DNA of 64,000 nt from an uncultured delta proteobacterium (GTDB taxonomy: Bacteria; Desulfobacterota; RBG-13-43-22): positions 32,001 through 96,000 of the forward strand of contig CAVUPH010000012.1 of assembly GCA_963743305.1 (NCBI GenBank), written 5' to 3'. The notes below the pieces were generated by a model. That model made no database searches and was not told where the DNA came from. It saw only the letters and a list, made by a program, of their open reading frames with translations. This document shows, one piece after another, positions 9,390 to 20,396 of the stretch. The position numbers and the translations under genes were made by a program. Positions within the stretch are counted from its first letter, which is position 1, and every line of letters starts with the position of its first letter.

Positions 9390-10850
9390 ATGACGCTTCC
9401 CTTTGAACTGACTATTGCCCAGGCCCACGAATTTCTGACCAAACGAGAAATCAGCTCCGTCGAATTGACCCGGGCGGTCCTGGACCGGATAACCCGGGTG
9501 GAACCTCAGATCGGCGCTTTTATCACCGTGACCCCGGAAGCGGCCCTCAAGCAGGCTGAAGCAGCCGATCGGCGCATCGCTGCCGGACAAATACTTCCCC
9601 TGACCGGCATCCCCCTGGCCATCAAGGATTTAATCTCCACCAAAGGGCTTCGGACCACCTGTGCGTCACGGATACTGGAACACTATGTCCCGCCCTACGA
9701 TGCTACGGTCATCTCCCGTCTTCAAGACCTGGGCGCGGTAATGGTCGGGAAAGCGAACATGGATGAATTTGCCATGGGCTCTTCAACGGAGAATTCCGCC
9801 CTGCAGGTGACCCGGAATCCCTGGAACGCGGATTTTATCCCCGGCGGGTCCAGCGGGGGTTCGGCAGCGGCGGTAGCCGCCGGGGAATGTCTGGGGGCTT
9901 TGGGTTCGGACACCGGGGGCTCCATCCGCCAACCGGCGGCCCATTGCGGGGTGGTGGGGCTGAAACCCACCTACGGACGGGTATCCCGCTACGGGTTGGT
10001 GGCTTACGCCTCCTCTTTGGATCAGATCGGCCCTTTAGCCAAAACCGTCGCCGACTGTGCGCTTCTCCTTCAGGCCCTGGCCGGGCATGACCCCCGAGAC
10101 TCCACCTCGGTACCGCGGGAAGTGCCCGATTACCCGTCTTCCCTGAATCAGGGAATCCAGAACCGTACGATCGGCATCCCGAAGGAATATTTCGTCGGCG
10201 GATTGGACCCGGAAGTCGAACAGGCCATCCGGCAAGCCATTAGGGTTTTAGAGAAAGAGGGAGCTCGCTGCCAGGAAATAAGCCTGCCCCATACCGAGTA
10301 CGCCATAGCGGTTTATTATATCATCGCCACGGCCGAAGCCAGTTCCAACCTGGCTCGTTATGACGGGGTTAAATACGGTTTCAGGGAAAGGGAGAGCCGA
10401 AAATTGATGGACATGGTTCAGAAAACCCGTTCCCTGGGATTTGGTCCCGAGGTGGTCAGGCGGATCATGTTGGGAACCTACGTGCTTTCAGCGGGATATT
10501 ATGACGCCTATTTTCGGAAGGCCTCTCAGGTCAGGACCCTGATCAGCCAGGATTTTCGTCAAGCCTTTGATCAGGTGGATCTGATACTCACTCCCGTGGC
10601 CCCCACCACGGCTTTTCGGCGGGGGGAAAAAACCGACGATCCGTTGAAAATGTACCTGACGGACATCTTTACCATTTCGGCCAACCTGGCCGGCATTCCC
10701 GGTCTGGCCCTGCCCTGCGGTTTCAGTTCTCAAGGGTTGCCCATCGGCCTGCAAATCTTAGGCAACCATTTTGAGGAAGAAAAAATTCTCCAGGCCGGGT
10801 CGGCCTTCGAACAGGCCACGGATTTTCACCTCCGTCGCCCGCCCCTTTAA
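9390..10850 (+). CDS. gatA: Asp/Glu-tRNA amidotransferase subunit A
   Basis: Amidase signature [24 protein letters not shown] and SSNLARYDG. Confidence 0.97.
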   Translation: MTLPFELTIAQAHEFLTKREISSVELTRAVLDRITRVEPQIGAFITVTPEAALKQAEAADRRIAAGQILPLTGIPLAIKDLISTKGLRTTCASRILEHYVPPYDATVISRLQDLGAVMVGKANMDEFAMGSSTENSALQVTRNPWNADFIPGGSSGGSAAAVAAGECLGALGSDTGGSIRQPAAHCGVVGLKPTYGRVSRYGLVAYASSLDQIGPLAKTVADCALLLQALAGHDPRDSTSVPREVPDYPSSLNQGIQNRTIGIPKEYFVGGLDPEVEQAIRQAIRVLEKEGARCQEISLPHTEYAIAVYYIIATAEASSNLARYDGVKYGFRERESRKLMDMVQKTRSLGFGPEVVRRIMLGTYVLSAGYYDAYFRKASQVRTLISQDFRQAFDQVDLILTPVAPTTAFRRGEKTDDPLKMYLTDIFTISANLAGIPGLALPCGFSSQGLPIGLQILGNHFEEEKILQAGSAFEQATDFHLRRPPL

Positions 10851-10965
10851 GAGCGCGCAGACGCAGAGATAACGGCCGTAACCCTTCAATCCGGTCATGA
10901 GTGGATCTTCGATTTCTGCGGCCGTTTTCCAGCGCCAAGCGCTCCGCGCCTTGCGCCCAGCGCTT

Positions 10966-11436
10966 TTAGGGTTGTTCCGCCTGCTCCAGGATCTCACCCA
11001 TAACGCAGGCCGTGTCTCCCACCAGTTTTTGGCAGTGTCGGCGCCGCCCATCGGGGCTGGAATAAAAAACCTTGACCGCCTCCCGGTCCGACCAGTTTAC
11101 TTGGGCGATATCCCGGCAATCTACTCCACCGTATTCTTTGGTCAGATCCTCAAACCGTTTAGCCAATTTATAACTCAACCGCCACATGCGGGGATGGTCC
11201 TTCCCTTCCGGGCGGTCCTTGCCATAGAGGCTGGAGAGAAAGGCCAAGCCTCCGGTCAGGCAACCACACACCCGTCCGGTGCTGGCGACCCCGCCGCCGA
11301 AGGCCCCTACTGCTTTTATTAAAGTGTCATCCTGTTGGTTCATTTTTTCCTGGCCCACGGCCAGAACGGCCTGGCTTCAGTGAAACCCTTTCAAAAAAAG
11401 GTCCTCCGCTTTTTGCCGCATTTCTTCAGGGGTCAT
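10966..11436 (-). CDS. C-GCAxxG-C-C family redox selenoprotein (Sec at codon 20, UGA at 11377-11379)
   Basis: ATG at 11436 with a GGAGG RBS reads MTPEEMRQKAEDLFLKGFH-UGA-SQAVLAVGQEKM in frame with ORF 10966..11358 (CGCLTGG, VDC, HC). The UGA sits at the family's first conserved Cys, and a hairpin follows. Confidence 0.85.
11348..11366 (-). promoter_or_regulatory. Putative bacterial SECIS hairpin
   Basis: mRNA UUCUGGCC-GUG-GGCCAGGA, starting 10 nt after the UGA, with a G-containing apical loop. Confidence 0.6.
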
Positions 11437-11468
11437 CCTTTTTCCCTCCAACCATCATTTCGCTTAAT

Positions 11469-12263
11469 TCAGGAACGATTACGCTCGTAGATAATCCGCA
11501 GGCCCTCCAGGGTCAAATAACTGTCCACCGCCTCGATGGTCTTGGACTCCGAAGCGATCAGCGGGGCCAGCCCTCCGGTGGCGATTACTTTAGGCCGCTG
11601 GGGAACAGCCGCCATGATCCGCTCGACCAGGCCGTCCACCAGGCCGGTATAACCATAAATAATGCCCACATTCATGCTGCTGATGGTGTCTTTGGCCAAT
11701 ACGGTTTTGGGTTTGGAGAAAATTTCCACTCGGGGGAGCTTGGAGGCCTTCTGGAAAAGGGCCTCACAGGATATCAGGATACCCGGGGCAATCGCACCCC
11801 CCAAATACTCCCCCTTATCGGAAACATAATCAAAGGTGGTGGCCGTTCCAAAATCCACTACGATCAAGTTCGTTCGATATTTTTCGTAGGCCGCCACGGC
11901 ATTGACAATCCGGTCCGCCCCGACCTCTTTAGGGTTGTCGTAATAGATGGGCATACCGGTTTTTATTCCCGGCCCCACAAAAAGCGGATGTAGGCTGAAA
12001 TACCGCAGTCCGAATTCCTCCAGGGTGTTCAACATGGGAGGCACCACGCAGGAAATGATCAGGTCGTTCACCTGGGAAAGACTTAAGGTTCGACTGGCGA
12101 ACAGGTTGCCGATCAGGATGCCCATTTCATCCAAGGTCCCGTCTCGTTCGGTGCGAATCCGCCAGTCACACACCCGCTCTTTTTGCCGATAGACCCCCAG
12201 GACCGTGTTGGTATTCCCCACGTCCATTACCAGTAACAGGTCTTTGGACGACGTTTTAGGCAT
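11469..12263 (-). CDS. coaX: Type III pantothenate kinase
   Basis: [20 protein letters not shown] and IATGG. Confidence 0.95.
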   Translation of the reverse strand: MPKTSSKDLLLVMDVGNTNTVLGVYRQKERVCDWRIRTERDGTLDEMGILIGNLFASRTLSLSQVNDLIISCVVPPMLNTLEEFGLRYFSLHPLFVGPGIKTGMPIYYDNPKEVGADRIVNAVAAYEKYRTNLIVVDFGTATTFDYVSDKGEYLGGAIAPGILISCEALFQKASKLPRVEIFSKPKTVLAKDTISSMNVGIIYGYTGLVDGLVERIMAAVPQRPKVIATGGLAPLIASESKTIEAVDSYLTLEGLRIIYERNRS

Positions 12264-13611
12264 TGAATTCCCTTTCGATAACCTGGGCTGTTTCCTCGGC
12301 CAGTAAGGCAATTAAGGCCTCATTCTCCCCTTCCAGCATCACCCGGACTAAGGGTTCGGTTCCTGAAAAGCGGACCAGGATCCGGCCCTTTTCCCCCAAT
12401 TTCTTTTCCACTTTTTGAATCTGCTGGGTGACGACGGGAAAGTGCTCCAGGCTTTTTCGTTCCCTGATCCGGACGTTGATTAATTTCTGGGGATATTTTT
12501 CCATGATATCGGAAAGGTCCGAGAGACTTTTTCCCTCCTGCTGCATGATGGCCAAAACCTGCAAGGCGCTGAGAATCCCGTCTCCGGTGGTGTTATGGTC
12601 CAAAAATATCAGGTGCCCGGATTGCTCTCCTCCTAAATTGCATCCTCTCCTGACCATCTCCTCCACCACGTAGCGGTCCCCCACTTGGGTGCGTACCAGT
12701 CGGATACCCTGCTGCCGCAGGGCCACTTCCAACCCCAGATTGCTCATCACTGTGGCCACCAGGGTATTTTTTTTCAAACGCTTCTCCTTGAACATCCGAT
12801 TCGCGCAAATGGCCATCACCTGATCGCCATCGATCATTTCGCCGTTTTCATCCACCAGGATCACCCGATCCCCATCCCCGTCAAAGCTGATGCCCAGATC
12901 GGCCTTCTTCTTTCGGACCATGGCGCCGACCAGACCGGGGTAGAGGGCGCCGCAATTTTTGTTGATATTTTCACCGTTGGGTTTAGCCCCCAGCAGGGTG
13001 ATCCTGGCCCCCAACTCCTCAAAAACGGTCGGAGCTACCCGATAGGTTGCGCCGTGGGCGCAATCCAAAACCAGGTGCAGCCCTTCCAGGGTTAATTCCT
13101 GGGGAAAGGTATTTTTCAGGAAGACGATATAGCGGCCGATGGCATCCTCAATCCGAAAGGCTTTGCCCACCTGGTTGGCGGTGATCCCGGGTACTGCCAG
13201 GGTTTCCGAGAACATGAGCGCCTCAATCCGTTCCTCCACCTCATCCGGAAGTTTAAAACCGTTTCGCGAAAATATCTTTATCCCGTTGTCCTGATAAGCG
13301 TTGTGGGAGGCGGAGATGACAATCCCGGCGTCGGCCCGCATACTTTGGGTTAAAAAGGCGATCCCCGGCGTGGGCAAAGGCCCGATCAAAAGAACGTCCC
13401 CCCCCATTGAACAAATCCCGGCCGTAATGGCATTTTCCAGCATATACCCGGACAGCCGGGTATCCTTGCCCACCACGATCTTGTGCCGCCGCGTTTTGTC
13501 CTTAAATATATAAGCGCAGCCCTTGCCTAACTGTAAGGCCACTTCCGTGGTCATGGGGTGCACATTGGCCACTCCGCGAATGCCGTCGGTTCCAAAGAGC
13601 TTTCGCATCAC
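12256..13611 (-). CDS. glmM: Phosphoglucosamine mutase
   Basis: [21 protein letters not shown] and GGEQSGH. Confidence 0.97.
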   Translation of the reverse strand: MMRKLFGTDGIRGVANVHPMTTEVALQLGKGCAYIFKDKTRRHKIVVGKDTRLSGYMLENAITAGICSMGGDVLLIGPLPTPGIAFLTQSMRADAGIVISASHNAYQDNGIKIFSRNGFKLPDEVEERIEALMFSETLAVPGITANQVGKAFRIEDAIGRYIVFLKNTFPQELTLEGLHLVLDCAHGATYRVAPTVFEELGARITLLGAKPNGENINKNCGALYPGLVGAMVRKKKADLGISFDGDGDRVILVDENGEMIDGDQVMAICANRMFKEKRLKKNTLVATVMSNLGLEVALRQQGIRLVRTQVGDRYVVEEMVRRGCNLGGEQSGHLIFLDHNTTGDGILSALQVLAIMQQEGKSLSDLSDIMEKYPQKLINVRIRERKSLEHFPVVTQQIQKVEKKLGEKGRILVRFSGTEPLVRVMLEGENEALIALLAEETAQVIEREFNA

Positions 13612-13617
13612 TCCTCC

Positions 13618-14256
13618 TTAGGGGGCACTGATTTTTTTGATCTTAACTTCCACCTCAACGGTCTGGTTTCGAGGCAAATGGATCTGCAGGGAACGGAAGT
13701 CCAAATTAACTTCCTGGACCAGGGTTTCCTGCCGACCACCGATATCAACGGGCTTGGTGGAAAGATTTTCCAAGTCCTTGATTACTTCTTCCGATCCGGC
13801 CACTTCCACCTCTTCCGGTCGAACCCTGACCGATTCCACTTCATAACCGCTTGCCGGTCGCCCCATGACCCGGGCCCGGACCGAGATCATTTTTTTTATT
13901 TGCTTTTGAAGGACCACCACCACCTGGGTGGGATGGATACGGGTGACGGCCACCCCTCGCGGTAGCCGAATTCCTTCCGAGGAGATGGAATAGGTTATCG
14001 TTCCGGCCTTGGTGTTGGACAGATCGAGGCTTTTGCTCAAGTTGCGCGTCGTCAGGGAACGGATTAAACTGCGCGGTCCGTTGACCCGGATGTCGATCCC
14101 CTGGGGGATGTTATTCACCACGATCATATCCCGAGGCATGTTCACCAATTCCAAAGGAATGGTCAAACCCACTTCGGCCCGCTCCTCGCCGACCACTAAG
14201 AACCAGAGAATGACCGCCAAGACCAGGGCCAAAATTTTAAAAACTAAGTTCCTCAA
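13618..14256 (-). CDS. cdaR: CdaR/YbbR-domain protein
   Basis: N-terminal TM (KILALVLAVILWFLV) plus YbbR repeats; lies between cdaA and glmM. TTG start follows GGAGG. Confidence 0.85.
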   Translation of the reverse strand: MRNLVFKILALVLAVILWFLVVGEERAEVGLTIPLELVNMPRDMIVVNNIPQGIDIRVNGPRSLIRSLTTRNLSKSLDLSNTKAGTITYSISSEGIRLPRGVAVTRIHPTQVVVVLQKQIKKMISVRARVMGRPASGYEVESVRVRPEEVEVAGSEEVIKDLENLSTKPVDIGGRQETLVQEVNLDFRSLQIHLPRNQTVEVEVKIKKISAP

Positions 14257-14258
14257 CC

Positions 14259-15068
14259 CTAGGAACCTCCGGTTTTTCGGGGGCCGAACAGCCAATAAGT
14301 GCGGGAGGCCTTTTCCTGGGTAAACAGGGTTTGCAACACCCGTTTCAGGGTGGTGGAATCCAACCCTCGAGTGAAACGTCCTTTAATGGCCACGGAGATC
14401 CGGCCCGTCTCCTCCGAAACCACGATCACCGCCGCGTCCGTTTTTTCGGTCAGCCCCAAAGCCGCCCGATGGCGGGTGCCGTAGCTCCGACTGACCTTGG
14501 CGCTGCGGGTCAACGGGAGATAGCAGGCCACGGCGGCAATCTGGTTATCGCGGATGATCATGGCCCCGTCATGAAGGGGGGACTGGGTGTGGAAGATACT
14601 GACGATCAGTTCCCACCCGACCCGGGCCTCCAAAGCGGTCCCGGTCTGAACAATCTCCCCCAGCCCGGTTTGCCTTTCTAAAACGATCAGGGCCCCGGTG
14701 GAATGGCTGGAAAGATAGACCGCAGCCCGGATGACCTCTTCAATCGTTTGCAGGGTCTCGGCCGTAGTTTTGACAAAAGGGCTCCGCCCTACCTGGGCCA
14801 GCACCCGACGGATTTCCGACTTGAAAAGGATAATGATGACCAAAATGATGGAACTCAGAAAGCTGCTCAGTATCCAGTTTAAGGTCAATAATTCCAGCTG
14901 GCGGGCCGCCAAAAAGGCGATAAAAATGACGACCAAACCGATGATGATCTGAACGGCCCGGGTGCCTTTGATAAACAGAAAAAGCTGATAGATCAGGATG
15001 GCTACCAGGAGGATATCCAGACCATCCTGCCAGCGGATATTGGTCAGGGTCAACCAGAGGTTGTTCAT
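14259..15068 (-). CDS. cdaA: Diadenylate cyclase CdaA
   Basis: Three TM segments plus a DAC domain with LHDGA and GTRHRAA. Confidence 0.93.
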   Translation of the reverse strand: MNNLWLTLTNIRWQDGLDILLVAILIYQLFLFIKGTRAVQIIIGLVVIFIAFLAARQLELLTLNWILSSFLSSIILVIIILFKSEIRRVLAQVGRSPFVKTTAETLQTIEEVIRAAVYLSSHSTGALIVLERQTGLGEIVQTGTALEARVGWELIVSIFHTQSPLHDGAMIIRDNQIAAVACYLPLTRSAKVSRSYGTRHRAALGLTEKTDAAVIVVSEETGRISVAIKGRFTRGLDSTTLKRVLQTLFTQEKASRTYWLFGPRKTGGS

Positions 15069-15928
15069 GGGGTCGGTGCCTCCCGCAAGGCATCCACCAC
15101 CTGCAGCACTTGCCGATTGGAGTCCACCCGATGAACCCGGATCAGATGGGCCCCCAACCAAGCCGAAAGAGCCGAAGTGGCCGCCGTACCCCATTCCCGT
15201 TCTCCGGGATTTTGCTGACCGGTGAGCTTACCGATAAATGATTTCCTGGAGGTTCCAATCAAAACCGGGCAGTCCAAGTCCGAAAGAATATCCAATCGTT
15301 TGATCAATAATAAATTATGTTCCCGGGTCTTGCCGAATCCGATGCCCGGATCGATTATCACCCGGTCCCGGGCGAGGCCCTGTTGCTGGGCCCAAAACAG
15401 CCTTTCCTCAAAAAAAGAGTGAACCTCTTTTAACAGATCCCCATAGTGCGGCCGGGACTGCATATCCTGCGGAGTCCCCTGCATATGCATCAGAATAACC
15501 GGCGTTCTATGATTCCGCAACACTTCGGTCATGGCCGGATCCAGGCGCAGCGCGCTGATATCATTGACCAGGGCCGCACCGGCGTCTAAGGCGGCCTCCG
15601 CCACCTGGGACTTATACGTATCCACCGAAATGGGGATCCGAACCCTTTTGACCAGTTCCCGGATAACCGGAATGATGCGCTTCAGTTCCTCCTCCACCGC
15701 CAAGGGCTGTGAAAAAGGCCGGGTGGACTCTCCCCCGATATCCAGGATATCCGCTCCCTCGGCGGCGAGGGCCTCCCCCCGGGCAACGGCCTGCTCCCGC
15801 CCGTAAAAAAGACCGCCGTCGGAAAAAGAATCAGGGGTGACATTAATCACCCCCATGATCAGCGTTCTCCCCCCAAACGACAGGTGAAAATGGTCCCACG
15901 ACCACTCATATTTCTTTCGGATGACCAT
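15065..15928 (-). CDS. folP: Dihydropteroate synthase
   Basis: NVTPDSFSDGG, DIGGESTRP, DPGIGFGK and SRKSFIG. Confidence 0.97.
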   Translation of the reverse strand: MVIRKKYEWSWDHFHLSFGGRTLIMGVINVTPDSFSDGGLFYGREQAVARGEALAAEGADILDIGGESTRPFSQPLAVEEELKRIIPVIRELVKRVRIPISVDTYKSQVAEAALDAGAALVNDISALRLDPAMTEVLRNHRTPVILMHMQGTPQDMQSRPHYGDLLKEVHSFFEERLFWAQQQGLARDRVIIDPGIGFGKTREHNLLLIKRLDILSDLDCPVLIGTSRKSFIGKLTGQQNPGEREWGTAATSALSAWLGAHLIRVHRVDSNRQVLQVVDALREAPTP

Positions 15929-15952
15929 TATTTTTAAGGAAAAAACCGGGGC

Positions 15953-17769
15953 TTAGGCCGTAGCCAAGGTTGCCCCCGGGTCCGGTCCCTGGATCAGACG
16001 ATCAATGGTGTCTCCGTCCAGGGATTCTTTTTCCAGCAGGCTCTGCGCTAAACGATGCAAGACCTCCAAATTTCCCGCCAAAATATTTTTCGCCTTTTCG
16101 TAACTTTCCAAGATCAGCTTCTTGACTTCCAGATCTATTTTACGAGCGGTTTCCTCACTATAATCCCGGTGTTGGGCAATTTCCCGACCCAGAAAAATCT
16201 GTTCTTCCTTTTTTCCAAAAGTCAGGGGGCCGAGTTCTACGCTCATTCCCCAATCGCAGACCATTTTCCGCGCCAATTCAGTAGCCCGCTCCAAATCATT
16301 CCCCGCCCCGGTGGTCAGTTGTTTCAGGACCAATTCCTCGGCCACCCGTCCGCCTAAAAAGATCACCAGGTTATTCATCAAGAAATCTTTGGGATAGGTG
16401 TGTTTCTCGTCGATGGGCAACTGCTGGGTCAATCCTAACGCGCGTCCTCTGGGAATAATGGTCACCTTATGGATGGGATCCGTTCCGGGCAACATCTTGG
16501 CTACCAGGGTATGACCGGCTTCGTGATAGGCGGTATTTCTTCTTTCCTCCTCGCTGATGATCATGCTCCGCCGCTCGGCTCCCATCAAGACTTTATCCTT
16601 GGATGTTTCGAAGTCACTCATATCCACTTTTTCTTTCCCCAACCGGGCTGCCAGGAGCGCCGCCTCATTGACCAGATTTTCCAAATCCGCTCCTGAAAAA
16701 CCGGGCGTGCCCCGGGCCAAAATACTTAAATTCACCCCTTCGGCCAAGGGGAGTTTTCCGGGTATGAACCTTAAAGATTTCTTCCCGCCCTTTGACATCC
16801 GGCACCGGGACCACTACCTGCCGGTCGAATCGGCCGGAACGCAACAGGGCCGGATCCAGAACATCCGGGCGATTGGTGGCGGAAATCAGAATGACGCCCT
16901 CAGTGGATTCAAAACCATCCATCTCCACCAGCAACTGGTTCAAGGGTCTGTTCCCGTTCATCGTGTCCGCCTCCCAAACCGGCGCCTCGATGACGACCCA
17001 CGGCGTCGATCTCGTCTATGAAGATAATACAGGGTGCATTGCGCTTGCCTTGGATAAACAGGTCCCGAACGCGGGAAGCCCCCACGCCCACGAACATCTC
17101 CACAAAATCGGATCCGCTGATACTAAAAAAAGGGACTCCGGCCTCCCCGGCAATGGCTTTGGCCAGCAAGGTTTTTCCCGTACCGGGTGAGCCCATGAGC
17201 AGTACTCCTTTGGGGATCCGCCCGCCCAAACGGGTAAATTTCTTGGGATCTTTCAAGAAATCGATAATCTCCCGTAATTCTTCCTTGGCTTCTTCGATTC
17301 CCGCCACGTCATTAAAAGTGACTTTGGGCCCCTGGTCCGATTGGAGCCTGGCCCGGCTCTTGCCGAAGGCCATGGCCTTCCCCCCACCGGCCTGCATCTG
17401 GCGCATGAAGAAAATCCACACCCCAATCAAAAGCAGCATGGGAAACCAAGAGATCAGGATGGTCATATACCAGGGGGACTCATCCAAGGGTCTGGCAGTG
17501 ATTCGAATCCCTTTGTCCCGCAACGTTTTTATCAGTTCGGGATCTCTGGGGGCGTAGGTCTTGAATTTTTTCCCCCCCACCAGAAAGCCTTGAATGTCAT
17601 CCCCCTGGATGGTGACACTCAGGACCTCCCCTTTTTCCACGGAGGCCAAAAAATCCGTGTAACTGATCGGCTCCTTGGTTGTCTGGGGCTTATTAAACAG
17701 ATTGAAGAGCGCTATCATAACCAGGCTGATCACCAGCCATAAGGCCAAATTTTTATAAAAAGGGGTCAA
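15953..17769 (-). CDS. ftsH: ATP-dependent zinc metalloprotease FtsH, split by two +1 frameshifts (about 16945 and 16750)
   Basis: [28 protein letters not shown] and HEAGH are spread across three ORFs, with extra bases in C homopolymers. Confidence 0.95.
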
Positions 17770-17842
17770 ATTTTTTCTCCTTCAACACTATTTCCTGTAA
17801 TCATTCAAATTACCACAAAAACCCCTTGATCTCAAACCCTTT

Positions 17843-19246
17843 TTACGCCATCTGGAGCTTCAGGCAAAGGGCCTGTCGAGATTGTTCGTTCAAAGCAAAG
17901 GGGTCCCCGATTTCCAGGCCGGCTACCCAAACAATCTCTCCTCCGGAAATGATGAGCGGGATCCGGTCACGCTGGGACCGGGGTATTTTCCTGTCTATAA
18001 AAAACCGGTGGACCTTTTTGGCGCCCTTTAACCCCAGCGGCCGGAAACGGTCACCGGCCTGGGCATTGCGAACCAACAACGGCCACCGGATTTTTTCCCA
18101 ATCCACCAAAGCCTGGTCTTTAATGAAAGTCTTTTTGACCCTTTGGGGATCGATTGGAACCTTTTCGAAGGAAAGCTCCAGACCAATTTCCCGGATAGTA
18201 AGCGTTCCCGGCCCATCGACCTGCTCGGAAAAAAGGCTTGGGGAGAGGGAAACGGAAACGGCGGGTTGAAGAATTATCCGCTCCCGGTCCCAGGAGGCCT
18301 GCAGCCCTCCGGGTAGATCCAATCTGCCTTGCAGGGATGGGCCGCAAACCACGTTTACCAAGGAAAGCAGGTGGACCGAACCGATGGACTTCAAATCCCC
18401 CTTAACCTGAAATATCGCTTTCTGAAAAAGGCGGGAAAGGATAGCCGGAGGGAGTTTTTTCAAGCCACTCCGAGAGATTTGAACCCCTCCCTCCAGCGGC
18501 ACCAGGACTCGGGCCGTAATTTGCTCGGTTTGTTCCTGCAGGAAAGCCTCATCTTCCTTCAACAGGCCGGCCGTTCGATTCAATTGGGTAATGATATTAG
18601 GAGAGAACTTCCCCAATTCGGGCAACAATTGGTGACGCACCCGGGCCCGGAGAAAACGTCGGTCCTTATTGGATTCATCCTCCAGAAAGGGGATGTCCCG
18701 TTCGCCTAAATAGGTCAGGATTTCCGCTCGGTAGGTGGCTAACAGGGGGCGGATAAAACCCTCGCGCTGTAAGGGAATCCCGGCCAACCCACCCAGTCCT
18801 GCCCCTCGGATCAAGCCGATCAGCACTTCTTCGGCCTGATCATTGGCGGTATGGGCCAGGGCCACTTTGTCGGCCTTCTGCTTCACAAAAAATGACCTGA
18901 ATACTCGGTAGCGCAGCTCCCGGGCCGCTTCCTGGAGGGATAATTTATTCTCCTGCTGAAAGGCCTGGACGTTCACTTTGGAAGTGAAGAAGGAACAACC
19001 CCAGCGTTCGGCCCAATGCCGAACAAAATCTGCTTCCTGGTCCGCGGCTCGGCGTAACCCGTGATGGCAGTAAAGGGCGATTACTTCCAAACCCCAGGGC
19101 CCCCGCAATTCATTTAAAATGGAGACCAGGGCCATGGAATCCGGCCCTCCGGAAACTCCGACGATAATTCTGGACCCGGGCCCGAAAAGCCGATGGCTTT
19201 CAATAAAACGCTGTACCGCTACGGTCAAAGATGGCTTTCTGCTCAT
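17843..19246 (-). CDS. tilS: tRNA(Ile)-lysidine synthase
   Basis: SGGPDSMAL, ARELRY, AHTANDQAE, IRPLL and a C-terminal TilS domain. Confidence 0.95.
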   Translation of the reverse strand: MSRKPSLTVAVQRFIESHRLFGPGSRIIVGVSGGPDSMALVSILNELRGPWGLEVIALYCHHGLRRAADQEADFVRHWAERWGCSFFTSKVNVQAFQQENKLSLQEAARELRYRVFRSFFVKQKADKVALAHTANDQAEEVLIGLIRGAGLGGLAGIPLQREGFIRPLLATYRAEILTYLGERDIPFLEDESNKDRRFLRARVRHQLLPELGKFSPNIITQLNRTAGLLKEDEAFLQEQTEQITARVLVPLEGGVQISRSGLKKLPPAILSRLFQKAIFQVKGDLKSIGSVHLLSLVNVVCGPSLQGRLDLPGGLQASWDRERIILQPAVSVSLSPSLFSEQVDGPGTLTIREIGLELSFEKVPIDPQRVKKTFIKDQALVDWEKIRWPLLVRNAQAGDRFRPLGLKGAKKVHRFFIDRKIPRSQRDRIPLIISGGEIVWVAGLEIGDPFALNEQSRQALCLKLQMA

Positions 19247-19310
19247 AGGTTCACCGGTCTTTTATACGAAAATAGAATTGAATACCGCTTTTTAGGCGTT
19301 TTATTTTTGC

Positions 19311-19389
19311 CGTCATCCCGGACTCGATCCGGGATCCAGGTGACTCAAGACTTTCACCGCCCTGGATTTCGGCGTTCGCCAGAATGACG
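19311..19389. repeat. REP-like palindromic element
   Basis: cgtcat-cccggactcgatccggg-atccagg...cctggat..atgacg nested inverted repeats. Confidence 0.7.
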
Positions 19390-19450
19390 ACCTAACAAAT
19401 TGAATAAACATAAATTTTCACGCTTCGGGGTACCCGGACCCGGCATGGGG

Positions 19451-19517
19451 GTTTAGTCTGAAATCGGGATTCCGTGGCGGCCGGATATCGGGGGTACCCA
19501 CCCAATAGGGCGGAAGC
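19451..19517 (-). repeat. Dispersed intergenic repeat, family A, copy 1
   Basis: Reverse complement gcttccgccctattgggtgggtaccccc...ttcagactaaac matches 27703-27760. Confidence 0.65.
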
Positions 19518-19672
19518 AATAGTTATTTTTTGTTCATCCTTAAGTATCCCTTGCAAGATTCCCACAGGGTAATTATACCCTATTTAATAATGCTTGACCA
19601 TTTGATCCGCTCCCTCTACAATTTTTCAGGATAGATTTCCTATATTCTTAAGATCGACTGGAAGATAGCATC

Positions 19673-19945
19673 ATGGAGTCGGAATACCAAGTAATGGGTA
19701 AAATCATTGAAATTCGGGGGTCCGGAAAATGCTCTTATGGACATCGGGTTGGTGAGACCTTCGAATTCAAAGAAATGGGGTCCGCCATCTGCCAGTGGGC
19801 TCAGAACAGTATCTTCCCTTTTTATACGGTACTCAAGTTCGGGGGGAAGTTCCCTTGGCTGAAAGACCCGGACCGCCTGCAGGTGTCTTGTCCGGACCCG
19901 GCCAACGTGGTCGTCTTTGAACTCTGGAGGGAAGAAAATAAGTGA
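19673..19945 (+). CDS. TIGR04076-family small Cys protein
   Basis: KCSYGHRVGETF, ICQWA, GGKFPW and SCPDPANVVVFEL. Confidence 0.82.
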   Translation: MESEYQVMGKIIEIRGSGKCSYGHRVGETFEFKEMGSAICQWAQNSIFPFYTVLKFGGKFPWLKDPDRLQVSCPDPANVVVFELWREENK

Positions 19946-20382
19946 AAATCATAGCGGTCTCCATCAGCGATCAAAAAGGAGTGCCCAAAAAAAATATCCC
20001 CCAGGGCTTGCTCCTGGAAGAATTTGGTTTGGAAGGTGACGCCCATGGGGGGCCTTGGCACCGCCAAGTCAGTTTGCTGGCCCTGGAAAGCATACAAAAG
20101 ATGCAGGATCTCGGCCTGAAGGTTCGACCCGGCTCCTTTGCTGAAAATCTCACCACGGAGGGGATCGATTTACCGGCCTTACCGATCGGGACCCGATTGC
20201 GGATCGGCCCCGAATCTTTGGCGGAGGTTACCCAGATCGGCAAGGTCTGCCATGACCGCTGCGCCATTTATCGCCTGGCCGGCGACTGTGTCATGCCCCG
20301 GGAAGGGATCTTTGTTCGAATTCTTAAGGGCGGCCCCGTAAAACCGGGCGATCCGATAACTCTCCTCGGAAGAGAAACCTGA
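19942..20382 (+). CDS. MOSC-domain protein
   Basis: GLEGDAH, HRQVSLL, FAENLTT, TQIGKVCH and CVMPREG. Confidence 0.92.
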   Translation: MKIIAVSISDQKGVPKKNIPQGLLLEEFGLEGDAHGGPWHRQVSLLALESIQKMQDLGLKVRPGSFAENLTTEGIDLPALPIGTRLRIGPESLAEVTQIGKVCHDRCAIYRLAGDCVMPREGIFVRILKGGPVKPGDPITLLGRET

Positions 20383-20396
20383 CCAAAAGAATTTTA

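Noticed and set aside
15953-17769. ftsH and the other split genes as pseudogenes or programmed frameshifts
   Set aside because: All are single +1 insertions with no other decay and no convincing slippery site plus stimulator, so sequencing error is more likely.
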